Origin: Chiloscyllium plagiosum
Lineage: Eukaryota
Direction: 5' to 3'
Assembly: GCF_004010195.1 (NCBI RefSeq)
Contig: NC_057758.1
Span: forward strand, 3,375,881-3,407,523
DNA: 31,643 nucleotides
Part shown: positions 1-9,162 of the stretch, piece by piece
Numbering within the stretch: position 1 is the stretch's first letter
Layout: each line of letters opens with the position of its first letter
Made by a program: the position numbers and the translations under genes
The notes under the pieces: generated by a model
The model's database searches: none
The model's input: the letters and a program-made list of their open reading frames with translations, nothing else
Told to the model about the DNA's origin: nothing

Positions 1-235
1 TTAATGTACTCATAAAAGCCATTTGCATTCTCCTTAACTCTATTTGCCACAGCTTTTTCATGTCCCCTTTCTGTCCTCCTCATTTCCCTCTTAAGTTTAG
101 TTTTACTGCCTTGGTAATCTTCTGAGGAATCACTCGATCACTGCTGTCTAACCTGACATCTGCTTCCTTCTTTCTTCTTGACCAAAATCTCAATTTCTCT
201 ATTCCAGCATTCCCTACACCTACAAGCACTTGGCT
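1..235 (-). mobile_element. CR1-type LINE ORF2 fragment (decayed)
   Basis: The minus strand reads ...ERGHEKAVANRVKENANGFYEYI, which resembles the CR1 ORF2 segment between the endonuclease and RT domains. Confidence 0.7.
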
Positions 236-439
236 GCTTTTGCCTGAAATTGCCCCCTTTAAATGTGAACATTAAGAAATATGCAACTCTCTTAGTCAGA
301 CAAATAAGTGTGTCAAGCTGTGGGAGTAAAGGATGTTAACTTCTTTGAGACAACGGAAGACTTAGGCCAAGCTTTCCGGAGTCTGCACTCTCCCTGGATT
401 CACTTCCTTACCCTTCAATTCTTACAAGTCAACAATTTC

Positions 440-730
440 AAGCGGAAAGAAAAAAACAGCGTTATGCTCACCGAAGATTGACAGAGTTGTTCAGTCTGGG
501 CGAAGTTCAACCTTCCTTCACACTTCTCTGGGCGCGAATGACCAACTTCACCGTCCAACTTCCGCATCCAGACAATAGGGGAGCGCCGATTGGCTGGAGG
601 ACTAACTTGCTTTTGGTCCTCCAGGGCTTCTCATTGGTCAATGGCGAAACTCTTCAACTGAAGGCGCACATTGCTTCGCCGCACGTGGCGTACCGGGCCG
701 CCCGGCACAGTGGCCGACAGAGTGGCTTCA
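440..730. promoter_or_regulatory. CpG-rich, probably bidirectional promoter
   Basis: Locally high CpG. ETS-type ACTTCCG at 558-564, ATTGG (reverse CCAAT) at 589 and 633, E-box CACGTG at 682-687. Minus-strand donor TCG|GTGAGC with GT at 471-470. Confidence 0.55.
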
Positions 731-989
731 ATGGCGCTGTGCATTATGGTCCTCCTCGCCACCATTGTGCAGTGCGAACCCAGACTGTCAGACAAGCATG
801 AAAATTCGATATGCGGTGTGTAGTTACCTCAATGTGGCTGTAAGGAGTAGTCATATGATTTGATTGTGAAGGCCCCCGTTCTTCCCAAAAGATTTTGTTA
901 ATTTCAGGATGCCTGGCTGGCATATTCAAGAGGGCAAACCGTGACTGTGAAACAGAACAGGAGAGTCAGCAGTCATTTGTGAAGAGAAT

Positions 990-1470
990 GCGAGGGGTAT
1001 TCAAACAGACTGATGTAGAAGATGGTTAGTGAAAGGGTAAGACATTGTCCAAAGCTGTATATAGTCGAGAGTGTGTTGGTTGTCAGGAAGAATCATGAAA
1101 GAGCATTTAACTTAAATGGGGAGATGTTGCAGTATTCTGAAGTACAGCGGGATATTAGATTAGATTAGATTCCCTACAGTGTGGAAACAGGCCCTTCAGC
1201 CCAACCAGTCCACACCGACCTTCCAAAGAGTAACCTTCCAGATCCATTTCCCTCTGACTAATGCACCTAACACTGCGGGAGGAAACTGCAGCACCCAGAG
1301 GAAACCCACGCAGGCACGGGGAGAATGTGCAAACTCCACACAGACAGTCGCCCGAACCTGGGACGCTGGCGCTGTGAGGCAGCAGTGCTAACCACCGAGC
1401 CACCGTGCCGCCCCGATTAATCATATTGAGATAGTCTGCAGGGGCAGCGAGTGATTAGGAAGGTAAAGGA
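990..1470 (+). mobile_element. Highly decayed CR1-type LINE fragment interrupted by a SINE
   Basis: Degenerate similarity to the CR1 RT C-terminal region (e.g. GAAGTACAGCGGGAT...GTGATTAGGAAGG) on both sides of the SINE at 1156-1414. Confidence 0.4.
1156..1414 (-). mobile_element. HE1-type tRNA-derived V-SINE (internally deleted)
   Basis: The reverse complement begins GGGGCGGCACGGTGGCTCGGTGGTTAGCAC (A box), contains the V-domain CTGTCTGTGTGGAGTTTGCACATTCTCCCCG and ends in an (AATCT)n tail. Confidence 0.9.
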
Positions 1471-1589
1471 ATTTGTTTTCAATCATTCATGGGCGGGAAC
1501 ATCACTAGCTGTTCCTTGTTCCTATCAGCCCTTGAAAAGTGGTATTGAGCTGCTTTGAACTGCTGGACTCCATACAAATGACAAAATTC

Positions 1590-1830
1590 CATAAGACATA
1601 GGAGCAGAAATTAGGCCACTCAGCCCATCGAGTCTGCTCTGCCGATTCAGTCAGGGCTGACAAGTTTCTCAAAGCCATTCTGCTTTCTCTCCATAACCCT
1701 TAATCCTCAAAAACGTATGTATCTCAGTCTTAAACATACTCAATGATCTGGCCTCCATAGCCTTCTGTGGCAATGAATTCCATAGATTCACCAGCCTCTG
1801 GCTGAAGAAAGTTCTCCTTATATCTGGCTG
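1590..1830 (-). mobile_element. CR1-type LINE 3' end
   Basis: ORF 1669-1938 contains RRTFFSQRLVNLWNSLPQKAMEA...FK..I..FL...GYG, the CR1 ORF2 C-terminus, followed by a short 3' UTR. Confidence 0.85.
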
Positions 1831-1859
1831 GAAAAGCTCAACGGCAACATCTATGGAGA

Positions 1860-2745
1860 GAAATTGAAGTTCAGGTGCATGGTTCTCTGAAAGTGGTATC
1901 ACAGGTAGACAGGGCAATGAAGAAGGCTTTTGGCACACTGGCCTTCATCAGTCAGGGCATTGAGTATAGAAGTTGGGAAGTTATGTTGTAGTTGTACAGC
2001 ATGTTGATGAGGTCACACTTGGAGTATCATGTTAGTTTTGGCCAGTTTGCTGTGGGACCATTAAAAATCACACAATACCAGCTTCTTATTCACAATCTTA
2101 TTCTCCACAATCACCTGATGAAGGAGCAGCACTCCAAAAGCTAGTGCTTCCAAATAAACCTGTTGGACTATAACCTGGTCTTGTGTGATTTTTAACCTAG
2201 TACACCCTAGTCCAACACCATCATCTCCAAATCATTGCTATGAGAAGGATGTTATTAAACTGAAAAAAGTGCAGAAGAAACTTACAAAGATGTAGCCATG
2301 ACCTAAGGGTTTGAGTTATAGGAGAATTCAGACAAACCAGGACATTATTCTTTGGAGCGCAGGAGATTGAGAGGACAATCTTGTAGAAGTGTTTAAGGTC
2401 ATGAGAGGCATGGATAGAGTGAAAGCACTCAGTCATTTCCCAAGGTTGGGAATCAAGAACGAGGGGGCATCAGTTTAAGTTTAGTCAGGAAAGACTAAAA
2501 GGGAATCTGAGGGGCAACATTTCTATGCACATTGAATGAACTGCCAGCAGACGTGGTTGAGGTCGCTCCACCAGCAACATTTAAAAGCCATATGGACAAC
2601 ATTTAAAAGCCATAATACATGGAAAGGAAACATTTAGAAGGACACGGGCCAAGTGCAGGGAAATTGGTTTAGCGGAGATGGGCATTTTGATCGGCATGGA
2701 CCAGTTTCAGCCAAAGGGCCTGTCTCTGTTCTGTCGGACTCGGAG
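1860..2745 (+). mobile_element. CR1-type LINE 3' portion, interrupted at 2058-2234
   Basis: GGCATTGAGTATAGAAGTTGGGAAGTTATGTTG and downstream 3'-end motifs are shared with the other CR1 copies in the window. Confidence 0.8.
2058..2234 (+). mobile_element. Penelope-like short element with minimal hammerhead motif and partial inverted repeat
   Basis: CAC-CTGATGA-AGGAG CAGCA CTCC-AAAA-GCTA-GTG at ~2112-2146 (GAAA mutated to AAAA). AAAAATCACACAA inverted with TTGTGTGATTTTT. Imperfect flanking duplication TTGCTGTGGGA (2047-2057) / TTGCTATGAGA (2235-2245). Confidence 0.65.
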
Positions 2746-2879
2746 AGTTTTAGGAAGAACATAAAGGGTGTATTTGTCTAGACGTTTCTTCCTCATACGG
2801 CAGTGGTTGCTGTACCAGTTGTTAATCTGAGATCGATAAGTTTCTGATCGGCAAAGGACATATTAGCATGGAGTTACTA

Positions 2880-3090
2880 GGAGCAGTTTCAAGCACCTCT
2901 CCCAAGAAAATATATCAGCCGTGCCCTCACTGTTGCTGGGTTAGGGTCCTGGAGTTCCCTCCTTTAGGGCACTGTGGGTCACTCTTTGGCACAAGGACTG
3001 CGGTGGTTCAAGATGGAGCAGTTCACCATCATCTTCTCGAGGGGCAATTCATGATGACACAGCCAGCAAAACACAGGTCCCATGAGTGAC
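2880..3090 (+). mobile_element. 3' end of a second non-LTR family (CR1/L2 group, clade not assigned)
   Basis: GGACTGCGGTGGTTCAAGATGG...CACCATCATCTTCTCGAGGGGCAATT...CCCATGAGTGA is homologous to 6745-6935 (+), 10305-10810 (-) and 1475-1575 (-). Confidence 0.6.
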
Positions 3091-3152
3091 CAACCAGTTC
3101 CAGCCTTGGAGGGAGAGCAGTACACACTCAGCTGGATTGCAAGGGCTGAACT

Positions 3153-3400
3153 GAGAGTGTGGTGCTGGAAAAACACAGCAGGTCAGGCACAGGACGGGAG
3201 GAACAGGAAAGTCGACGTTTCGGACAAAAGAACGACAAACCTTCAGCAGCTATCATGGAGTGGAGAAGTCAACGTTTCAGGCAGGGTTATACCCGAGACG
3301 TTGACTTCTCCACCTCCTGATGCTGTCTGGCTTGTTGAGTTCTTCCAGCCTCCTCCTCATCTACTTTGGATTCCAGCATCTGCAGTTTTTTTTTGTCTCC
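3153..3400. mobile_element. Penelope-like terminal-repeat fragments in inverted arrangement
   Basis: GTGGTGCTGGAAAAACACAGCAGGTCAGGCA and GATTCCAGCATCTGCAG motifs. Inverted pair TGGAGAAGTCAACGT / ACGTTGACTTCTCCA at ~3260-3312. Confidence 0.7.
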
Positions 3401-3434
3401 AATTATTCCGGGGAGCAGTAGGAGGTAATCACAA

Positions 3435-3835
3435 GGTGGGCGGGGGTATGGCTTGAATGCAGCCGATTGGACAAGAGGCGGGACAATGGCTGACAGCCAT
3501 TTGGATCAGCGTGCTGACTGGACAGCGCTGGAAAGAGCGGTGATTGACGGGTAGTCGGAACGTGTGATTGGTGAACGGCACAGTCATGGGTGGAGAAAAG
3601 TCTGCACGTTGGTACCTTAACGAGGGGCGGAATCATAACTGTTGATTGACAGTCGTGCCGGAGGGGTGATTGGACAAGGCTAGTGCAGCCCGTGATCGAC
3701 AGAAGGAACTGATTTGTGAATGAACAGCACCGACAGGGGCGGGAACAGAATTTCAACCAGGCGATTGGACAATCGGCGTGTCATTTAAATGACAGGCCAA
3801 TAGAAATCGCTTGAAATGTTCAGTCGGTCTGACAG
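3435..3835. promoter_or_regulatory. CCAAT/GC-box cluster (promoter-like)
   Basis: ATTGG at 3466, 3567, 3669 and 3764; CCAAT at 3797; GGGCGG at ~3438, ~3625 and ~3737; CpG retained; palindrome TGTCATTTAAATGACA at 3779-3794. Confidence 0.55.
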
Positions 3836-3842
3836 CATGTGG

Positions 3843-3968
3843 TAAAAACAATGACTGCAGATGCTAGAAACCAGCTTCAGGGAGGAGAGGGTGGAGTGGA
3901 TAGGTGGAAAAGGAGCTAGGCAGCATGTGTACAGGCAAATCATTTCGGGTCGAGGGATTCTTCCTCAG
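3843..3968 (-). mobile_element. Penelope-like terminal fragments
   Basis: AAAAACAATGACTGCAGATGCTAGAAACCAG and GTGGAGTGGATAGGTGGAAAAG match 7989-8020 and 8237-8260. Confidence 0.65.
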
Positions 3969-3970
3969 AA

Positions 3971-4413
3971 TGACGGTATAGTGGTGCTAATCTCGCAGCG
4001 CTAGGGACCCTGGTTCGATTCCAGCCTCGGGCGACTGTCTGTGTGCAGTTGGCATTTTCTCCCTCTATTCCTGATGAAGGACATTTGCCCGAAACGTCGA
4101 TTTTCCTGCTCCTCGGATGCTGCCTGGCCTGCTGTGCTTTTCCAGCACCACTCTAATCTTGACTCTGGTTTCCAGCATCTGCAGTCCTTGTTTTTACCTA
4201 TATTCTTCCCCCGTGTCAGCCTGGGTTTCCTCCCACAGTCTAAAGATGTGTGAGGTTAGGGTGAAGTGGCCATGCTAAATTGCCCATACTGTGTCCATGG
4301 AGGTGTAGGTTAGGTGCATTAGTTAGGGGTAAATGGAGAGGAATGGGTCTGGGTGGATTACTGGTCGGTGTGCACTTGTTGGGCCCAATCCCCACACTGT
4401 GGGATGGGATTCA
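3971..4413 (+). mobile_element. HE1-type V-SINE interrupted by a Penelope-like fragment
   Basis: B box GGTTCGATTCC at 4012-4022. The V-domain is split at ~4064/4200, and the 3' part GGCCATGCTAAATTGCCC...GGGTCTGGGTGG follows. Confidence 0.85.
4064..4200 (+). mobile_element. Penelope-like terminal repeat with hammerhead core
   Basis: CTGATGA-AGGAC ATTT GCCC-GAAA-CGTC at 4071-4098, followed by the conserved GGATGCTGCCTG...CCAGCATCTGCAG tail. Confidence 0.75.
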
Positions 4414-4419
4414 ATGTAA

Positions 4420-4610
4420 AAAGAATGATTGGGCAAGGCTTGGAGGGTGGGAGTGAGTGACGCGTCTACGCGATCGGTGATTGGATGGTCACCGCCCCTT
4501 CCCAGTACTGTCCAATCATCACGCTGACCCATGTGTCTATCAGCATGGTCTTCCCGCCCCTCGTCCAATCGGCTGCACCTCAGCCCTTACTCTGCCCGCC
4601 CACCCACACC
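4420..4610. promoter_or_regulatory. Second CCAAT/GC-box cluster, inverted homologue of 3435-3543
   Basis: ATTGG at 4428 and 4480, CCAAT at 4512 and 4565, several CCGCCC. The reverse complement of 4489-4604 aligns to 3435-3543. Confidence 0.5.
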
Positions 4611-4664
4611 ATTGCACCCCTCCCCCCACCTCCCGGATCCCTGCAGGCAGGGCTAGCCCAGGGT

Positions 4665-4770
4665 CGAGCATCTGAGGAGCAGGAAAATCAAATTCTTGGA
4701 TGCTGCCTGAACTGCTGTGCTTTTCCGGGCACCACTCTAATGCAGCATCTGCAGTCATTGTTTTTACCTT
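4665..4770. mobile_element. Penelope-like terminal fragments (inverted pair)
   Basis: GCATCTGAGGAGCAGGAAAATC is followed by the oppositely oriented GGATGCTGCCTGAACTGCTGTGCTTTTCC...GCATCTGCAGTCATTGTTTTT. Confidence 0.7.
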
Positions 4771-5380
4771 TTATAGAAGCAAAGAGGTCCTTCTGCAGCT
4801 GTACAGGGCCCTGGTGAGACCGCACTTGGAATTATGTGCGCAGTTCTGGTCTCCAAATTTGAGGAAAGACATTCTGGCTATTGAGGGAGTGCAGCGTAGG
4901 CTCATGAGGTCAATTCCTGGAAATGGCGGGACTATCTTAACGCTGAAAGATTGGAGCGACTGGGCTTGTATACGCTTGAGTTTAGAAGACTGAGAGGGGA
5001 TCTGATTCAGACGTATACGATTATTCAAGGATTGGACACTCTGGAGGCAGGAAGCATATTTCCGCTGATGGGTGAGTCCCGAACCAGAGGATGCAGTTTA
5101 AAAATAAGAGTAGGCCACTTAGAACAAGAGTTGAGGAGAAACTTCTTCACCCAGAGAGTGATGGGTTTGTGGAATGCTCTGCCCCGGAAGGCTGTGGAGG
5201 CCAAGTCTCCGGATACTTTCAAGAAAGAGTTGTATAGAGCTCTTAAGGATAGTGGAATCAAGGGTTATGGGGGTAAGGCAGGAACAGGATACTGATTGAG
5301 GATGATCAGCCATGATCATAATGAATGGTGGTGCTGGCACGAAGGGTAGAATGGTCTACTCCTGCACCCATTGTCTATTA
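4771..5380 (+). mobile_element. CR1-type LINE 3' ~600 bp (frameshifted)
   Basis: ORFs give YRSKEVLLQLYRALVRPHLELCAQFWSP and ERLGLYTLEFRRLRGDLIQTY...RNFFTQRVMGLWNALP, typical of the CR1 ORF2 C-terminus. Confidence 0.92.
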
Positions 5381-5611
5381 AGAAACAGGCATCGCCTTCA
5401 GGGATGGCATGTACTGCTTCAGACCGGTGGGCAGATGGTATAATGACGGTGGCAAACTGAGAACGTGTGGCTGCCTGGCCCGGGACTCCGACTGGGCAAA
5501 GACCTGCATGACTACCCGGTAGCACTACCTATGGTATTCAGGGATGTGTTAGACTAGGCTGGGAGTCACTGCGAGCAGTTCCACCACCACTCCTCAGCAA
5601 CTGACTTGGAA

Positions 5612-6745
5612 GTAGTGGTGACCCTACCATCCAAACGCCCAATTGTTCAAACAAATTGGAAGCCGAACAATTATTTCGAGAAAATTTTGGCCTAAAATCC
5701 AAACACATTTTCAGAATCCAAACACCACGTACCTTTCAGGTCATAGAGTCATAGAGATGTACAGCATGGAAACAGACCCTTCGGTCCAACCCGTCCATGC
5801 CGACCAGACATCCCAACCCAATCTAGTCCCACCTGCCAGCACCCGGCCCATATCCCTCCAAACCTTTCCTATTCATATACTCATCCAAATGCCTCTTAAA
5901 TATTGCAATTGTACCAACCTCCACCACATCCTCTGGCAGCTCATTCCATACACGTACCACCCTCTACGTGAAAAAGATGCCCTTTAGGTCTCTTTTCTAT
6001 CTTTCCCCTCTCACCCTAAACCTATGCCGTCTAGTTCTGGACTTCCCGACCCCAGGGAAAAGACTTTGTCTCTTTATCCTATCCATGCCCCTCATAATTT
6101 TGTAAACCTCTACAAGGTCACCCCTCAGCCTCCGACGCTCCAGGGAAAACAGCCCCAGCCTGTTCAGCCTCTCCCTGTAGCTCAGATCCTCCAACCCAGG
6201 CAACATCCTTGTAAATCTTTTCTGAACTATTTCAAGTTTCACAACATCTTTCCGATAGGAAGGAGACCAGAATTGCACGCAATATTCCAACAGTGACCTA
6301 ACCGATGTCCTGTACAGCCGCAACATGACCTCCCAATTCCTGTACTCAATAATCTGACCAATAAAGGAAAGCATAACAAACGCCTTCTTCACTATCTGCA
6401 CATTGTTTGTTCAGTTTGTCCCAGGAAGTAGTCATGAAAGCATCTCTCGTGTATCCATCACTAGTTTACCTCGTGTTTTTACCTTCATTTGTGTTGGTTT
6501 TTTTTAATTATCGCCCTTGTGCATTCACCCAAGAAGAGCAGTGAAGCAAATAAGTGCATTCACCATTAGCACTCCTCATTAAGGTAAATGAAGTTATTTT
6601 CACGTTAGTACATTTATTTTTGGGTCCAGAAATTGATTAATTCACTTTCCAAAATTTCTTATGGGGAAAATAGTTTAGGAATCCAAACATTTCGCAATCC
6701 GAACAGCCTTCTGGAATGAATTAAAGTCGGATTCCAAGGCAGTCC
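5612..6745. mobile_element. Possible decayed Tigger/pogo-like non-autonomous DNA transposon, split by a CR1 insertion
   Basis: Repeated subterminal ATCC(A/G)AAC / TTC(A/G)AAC motifs at 5630-5725 and 6680-6735. The ends loosely resemble CAGTGGTACC...GG(T)ACCACTG-type TIRs. Recognition is weak. Confidence 0.3.
5741..6400 (-). mobile_element. CR1/HER1-type LINE 3' end
   Basis: ORF 5997-6401 reads IEYRNWEVMLRLYRTSVRSLLEYCVQFWSP...RLGLFSLERRRLRGDL. Short-repeat tail TCATAGAG x2 at 5741-5757. Confidence 0.93.
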
Positions 6746-6935
6746 TTTGCGGTTGCTGGGTCAGGATCCTGGATCTCCCTTCCTCCGGGCATTAAAAGTC
6801 AACCTACAGGATGTGCATTGCAGTGGTTCAGGGAGGGGGGATGATGGCTCTGCATCAACTTCGGGAGGCAACTTGGGATGGGCACTTAATGCTGGCACAG
6901 CCAGTGATGTCCAGGTCCCATGAGTGAATAAATGA
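6745..6935 (+). mobile_element. 3' end of the second non-LTR family
   Basis: GTTGCTGGGTCAGGATCCTGG...TGCAGTGGTTCAG...CCCATGAGTGAATAAA is homologous to 2880-3090. Confidence 0.6.
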
Positions 6936-7104
6936 TAAAGATTGAAGGGAATGCAGTGCCGCCTCAACCAACTAACCTCAGGACGGCAAGGGTTGAACCA
7001 AACAAAAGATGGCACAAATTTGATTTGCATTTTTAAAAGAAAAATTCAAGTGAGCAGTGTGAAGAGATAATCAGGTTAGCAAGATGTGGGCTGAATTCAA
7101 CTGA

Positions 7105-7405
7105 TTGGTAATCAGAAAGCTTCCATTGATTGAGACTGCACTGGCAATGTCTGTGAGGCAAACGTGAGGACTGCAGATGCTGGAGATCAGAGTCTAGATT
7201 AGAGTGGTGCTGGAAAGGCACAGCAGGTCAGGCAGCATCCGAGGAGCAGGAACATCGACGTTTCGGGCAAAAGCCCTTCATCAGGAATGAGGCAATGTCT
7301 GTGTCAAGCAGTTGGATCCAATGGCAGATTTCCTTCTCGAAGCTCATTTTGGAAACTATGTCCCATGAGTAGGTGTGCTGTATCTTGTCAAAGGCCTTCT
7401 GTCCA
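7105..7405 (-). mobile_element. Tx1/L1-clade reverse transcriptase fragment
   Basis: Joining across the 7156-7290 insertion gives QKAFDKIQHTYSWDIVSKMSFEKEICHWIQLLDTDIASAVSING, which resembles the L1/Tx1 RT motif KAFD.v.h...vl.kmgf.....wi.lly.....v.ing. Confidence 0.7.
7156..7290 (-). mobile_element. Penelope-like terminal repeat unit with intact hammerhead core and 13-bp TSD
   Basis: The minus strand at 7284-7257 reads CTGATGA-AGGGC TTTT GCCC-GAAA-CGTC. It is flanked by GGCAATGTCTGTG at 7143-7155 and 7291-7303. Confidence 0.8.
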
Positions 7406-7574
7406 TTGCCACCAGACCCCATCCCACCCCGATCCCCATCCACCACATAAGCAACTGTATCCCTGAGGACCACAATGCTCTGAGCCACTTACTTCCTTCA
7501 GGCTGCTAAGCACACAATTCTCCCTGTGCATCTTGGGAAGAAGAAAAGCTCTCCGCAAGTATTCCTGCCCGTGG

Positions 7575-7910
7575 TGTCACAGATTGGTAGGATAGTGAAG
7601 ATGATGTTTGGTATGCTTTCCTTCATTGGACAGAGCATTGAGTACAGGAGTTGGGAAGTCACATTGCGGCTGTACAAGATATTGGTTGGGCCACTTTTGG
7701 AATATTGCATGCAATGCTGGTCTCCTTGGTATAGGAAGGATGCTGGGTTCAGAAAAAAATTACAAGGATCTTTCCATGGTTGGAGGGTTTCAGCTAAAGG
7801 GAGAGGCTGAATAGGCTGGGATTGTCACAGGAAGTAGTGAAGGCTGGTACAATTGGACATTTAAAAGGCATCTGAATGGGTAGATGAATAGGAAGGATTC
7901 AGAGGGATAA
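7575..7910 (+). mobile_element. CR1-type LINE fragment with internal deletions
   Basis: FGMLSFIGQSIEYRSWEVTLRLYKILVGPLLEYCMQCWSPWYRKD in ORF 7526-7810. Confidence 0.88.
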
Positions 7911-7983
7911 AGGATCCTTCCACATCTGACAGAAATTTACCTGTATCTCCACCATCTACTGTATCCATTGACCCGATGTGGTC

Positions 7984-9160
7984 TAGGCAAAAACAATGAC
8001 TGCAGATGCTGGAAACCAGATTCTGGATTAGTGGTGCTGGAAAAGCACAGCAGTTCAGGCAGCATCCGAGGAGCAGTAAAATCGACGTTTTTAGCAAAAG
8101 CCCTTCATCAGGAATACAGGCAGAGAGCCTGAAGAGTGGAGAGATAAATGAGAGGAGGGTGGGGGTGTGGAGAAAGTAGCATAGAGTACAATAGGTGAAT
8201 GGGGGTGGGGATGGAGGTGATAGGTCAGGGGGGAGGGTGGAATGGATAGGTAGAAAAGAAGATAGGCAGGTAGGACAGGGTCATGGGGACAGTGCTGAGC
8301 TGGAAGTTTCGAATTGGGGTGAGGTGGGGGAAGGGGAAATGAGGAAACTGTTGAAGTCCACATTGATGCCCTGGGGTTGAAGTGTTCCGAGGCGGAAGAT
8401 TGAGGTGTTCTTCCTCCAGGCGTCTGGTGGTGAGAGAGCGGCGGTGAAGGAGGCCCAGGACCTTCATGTCCTTGGCAGAGTGGGAGGGGGAGTTGAAATG
8501 TTTGGCCACAGGGCGGTGTGGTTGATTGGTGCGGGTGTCCCAGAGATGTTCCGTAAAGTGCTCTGCTAGGAGGCGTCCAGTCTCCCCAATGTAGTGGAGA
8601 CCGCTTCGGGTGCAATGGATACAATAAATGATTAGATTAGATTACTTACAGTGTGGAAACAGGTCCTTCGGCCCAACAAGTCCACACCGACCCGCCGATG
8701 TGCAGCCCACTCAGACCCATTCCCCTACATTTATCCCTTCTCCTCACACTACGGGCAATTTAGCATGGCCAATTCACCTAACCTGCACATTTTTGCATTA
8801 GTGGGAGGAAACCGGAGCAAACCCACGCAGACACGGGGAGAACGTGCAAACTCCACACAGTCAGTCGCCTGAGGCGAGAATTGAACCCGGGTCTCTGGCG
8901 TTGTGAGGCAGCAGTGCCATCCACGGATATTGGTGGATGTGCAGGTAAAACTTTGATGGATGTGGAAGGCTCCTTTAGGATGGAGGTGAGGGAGGAGGTG
9001 TGGGTGCAGGTTTTGCAATTCCTGCAGTGGCAGGGGAAGGTGCCAGGATGGGAGGGTGGGTTGTCGGGGGGCGTGGACCTGACCAGGTAGTCACGGTGAA
9101 GCGGTCTTTGCAGAAGGCGGAAAGGGGTGGGGAGGGAAATATATCCCTGGTGGTGGGGTC
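7984..9160 (-). mobile_element. 5'-truncated Penelope-like retroelement (GIY-YIG endonuclease, 3' UTR, terminal repeat)
   Basis: Removing the SINE at 8631-8919 gives GAFHIHQSFTCTSTNIIYCIHCTRSGLHYIGETGRLLAEHFTEHL...VAKHFNSPSH...RRLEEEHL (IIY...YIG motif). Degenerate hammerhead at ~8084-8111. Confidence 0.9.
8631..8919 (-). mobile_element. HE1-type V-SINE inserted in the GIY-YIG coding region
   Basis: (TAGAT)n tail at 8631-8643; V-domain and B box (GGGTTCAATTC) on the minus strand. Confidence 0.9.
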
Positions 9161-9162
9161 CA

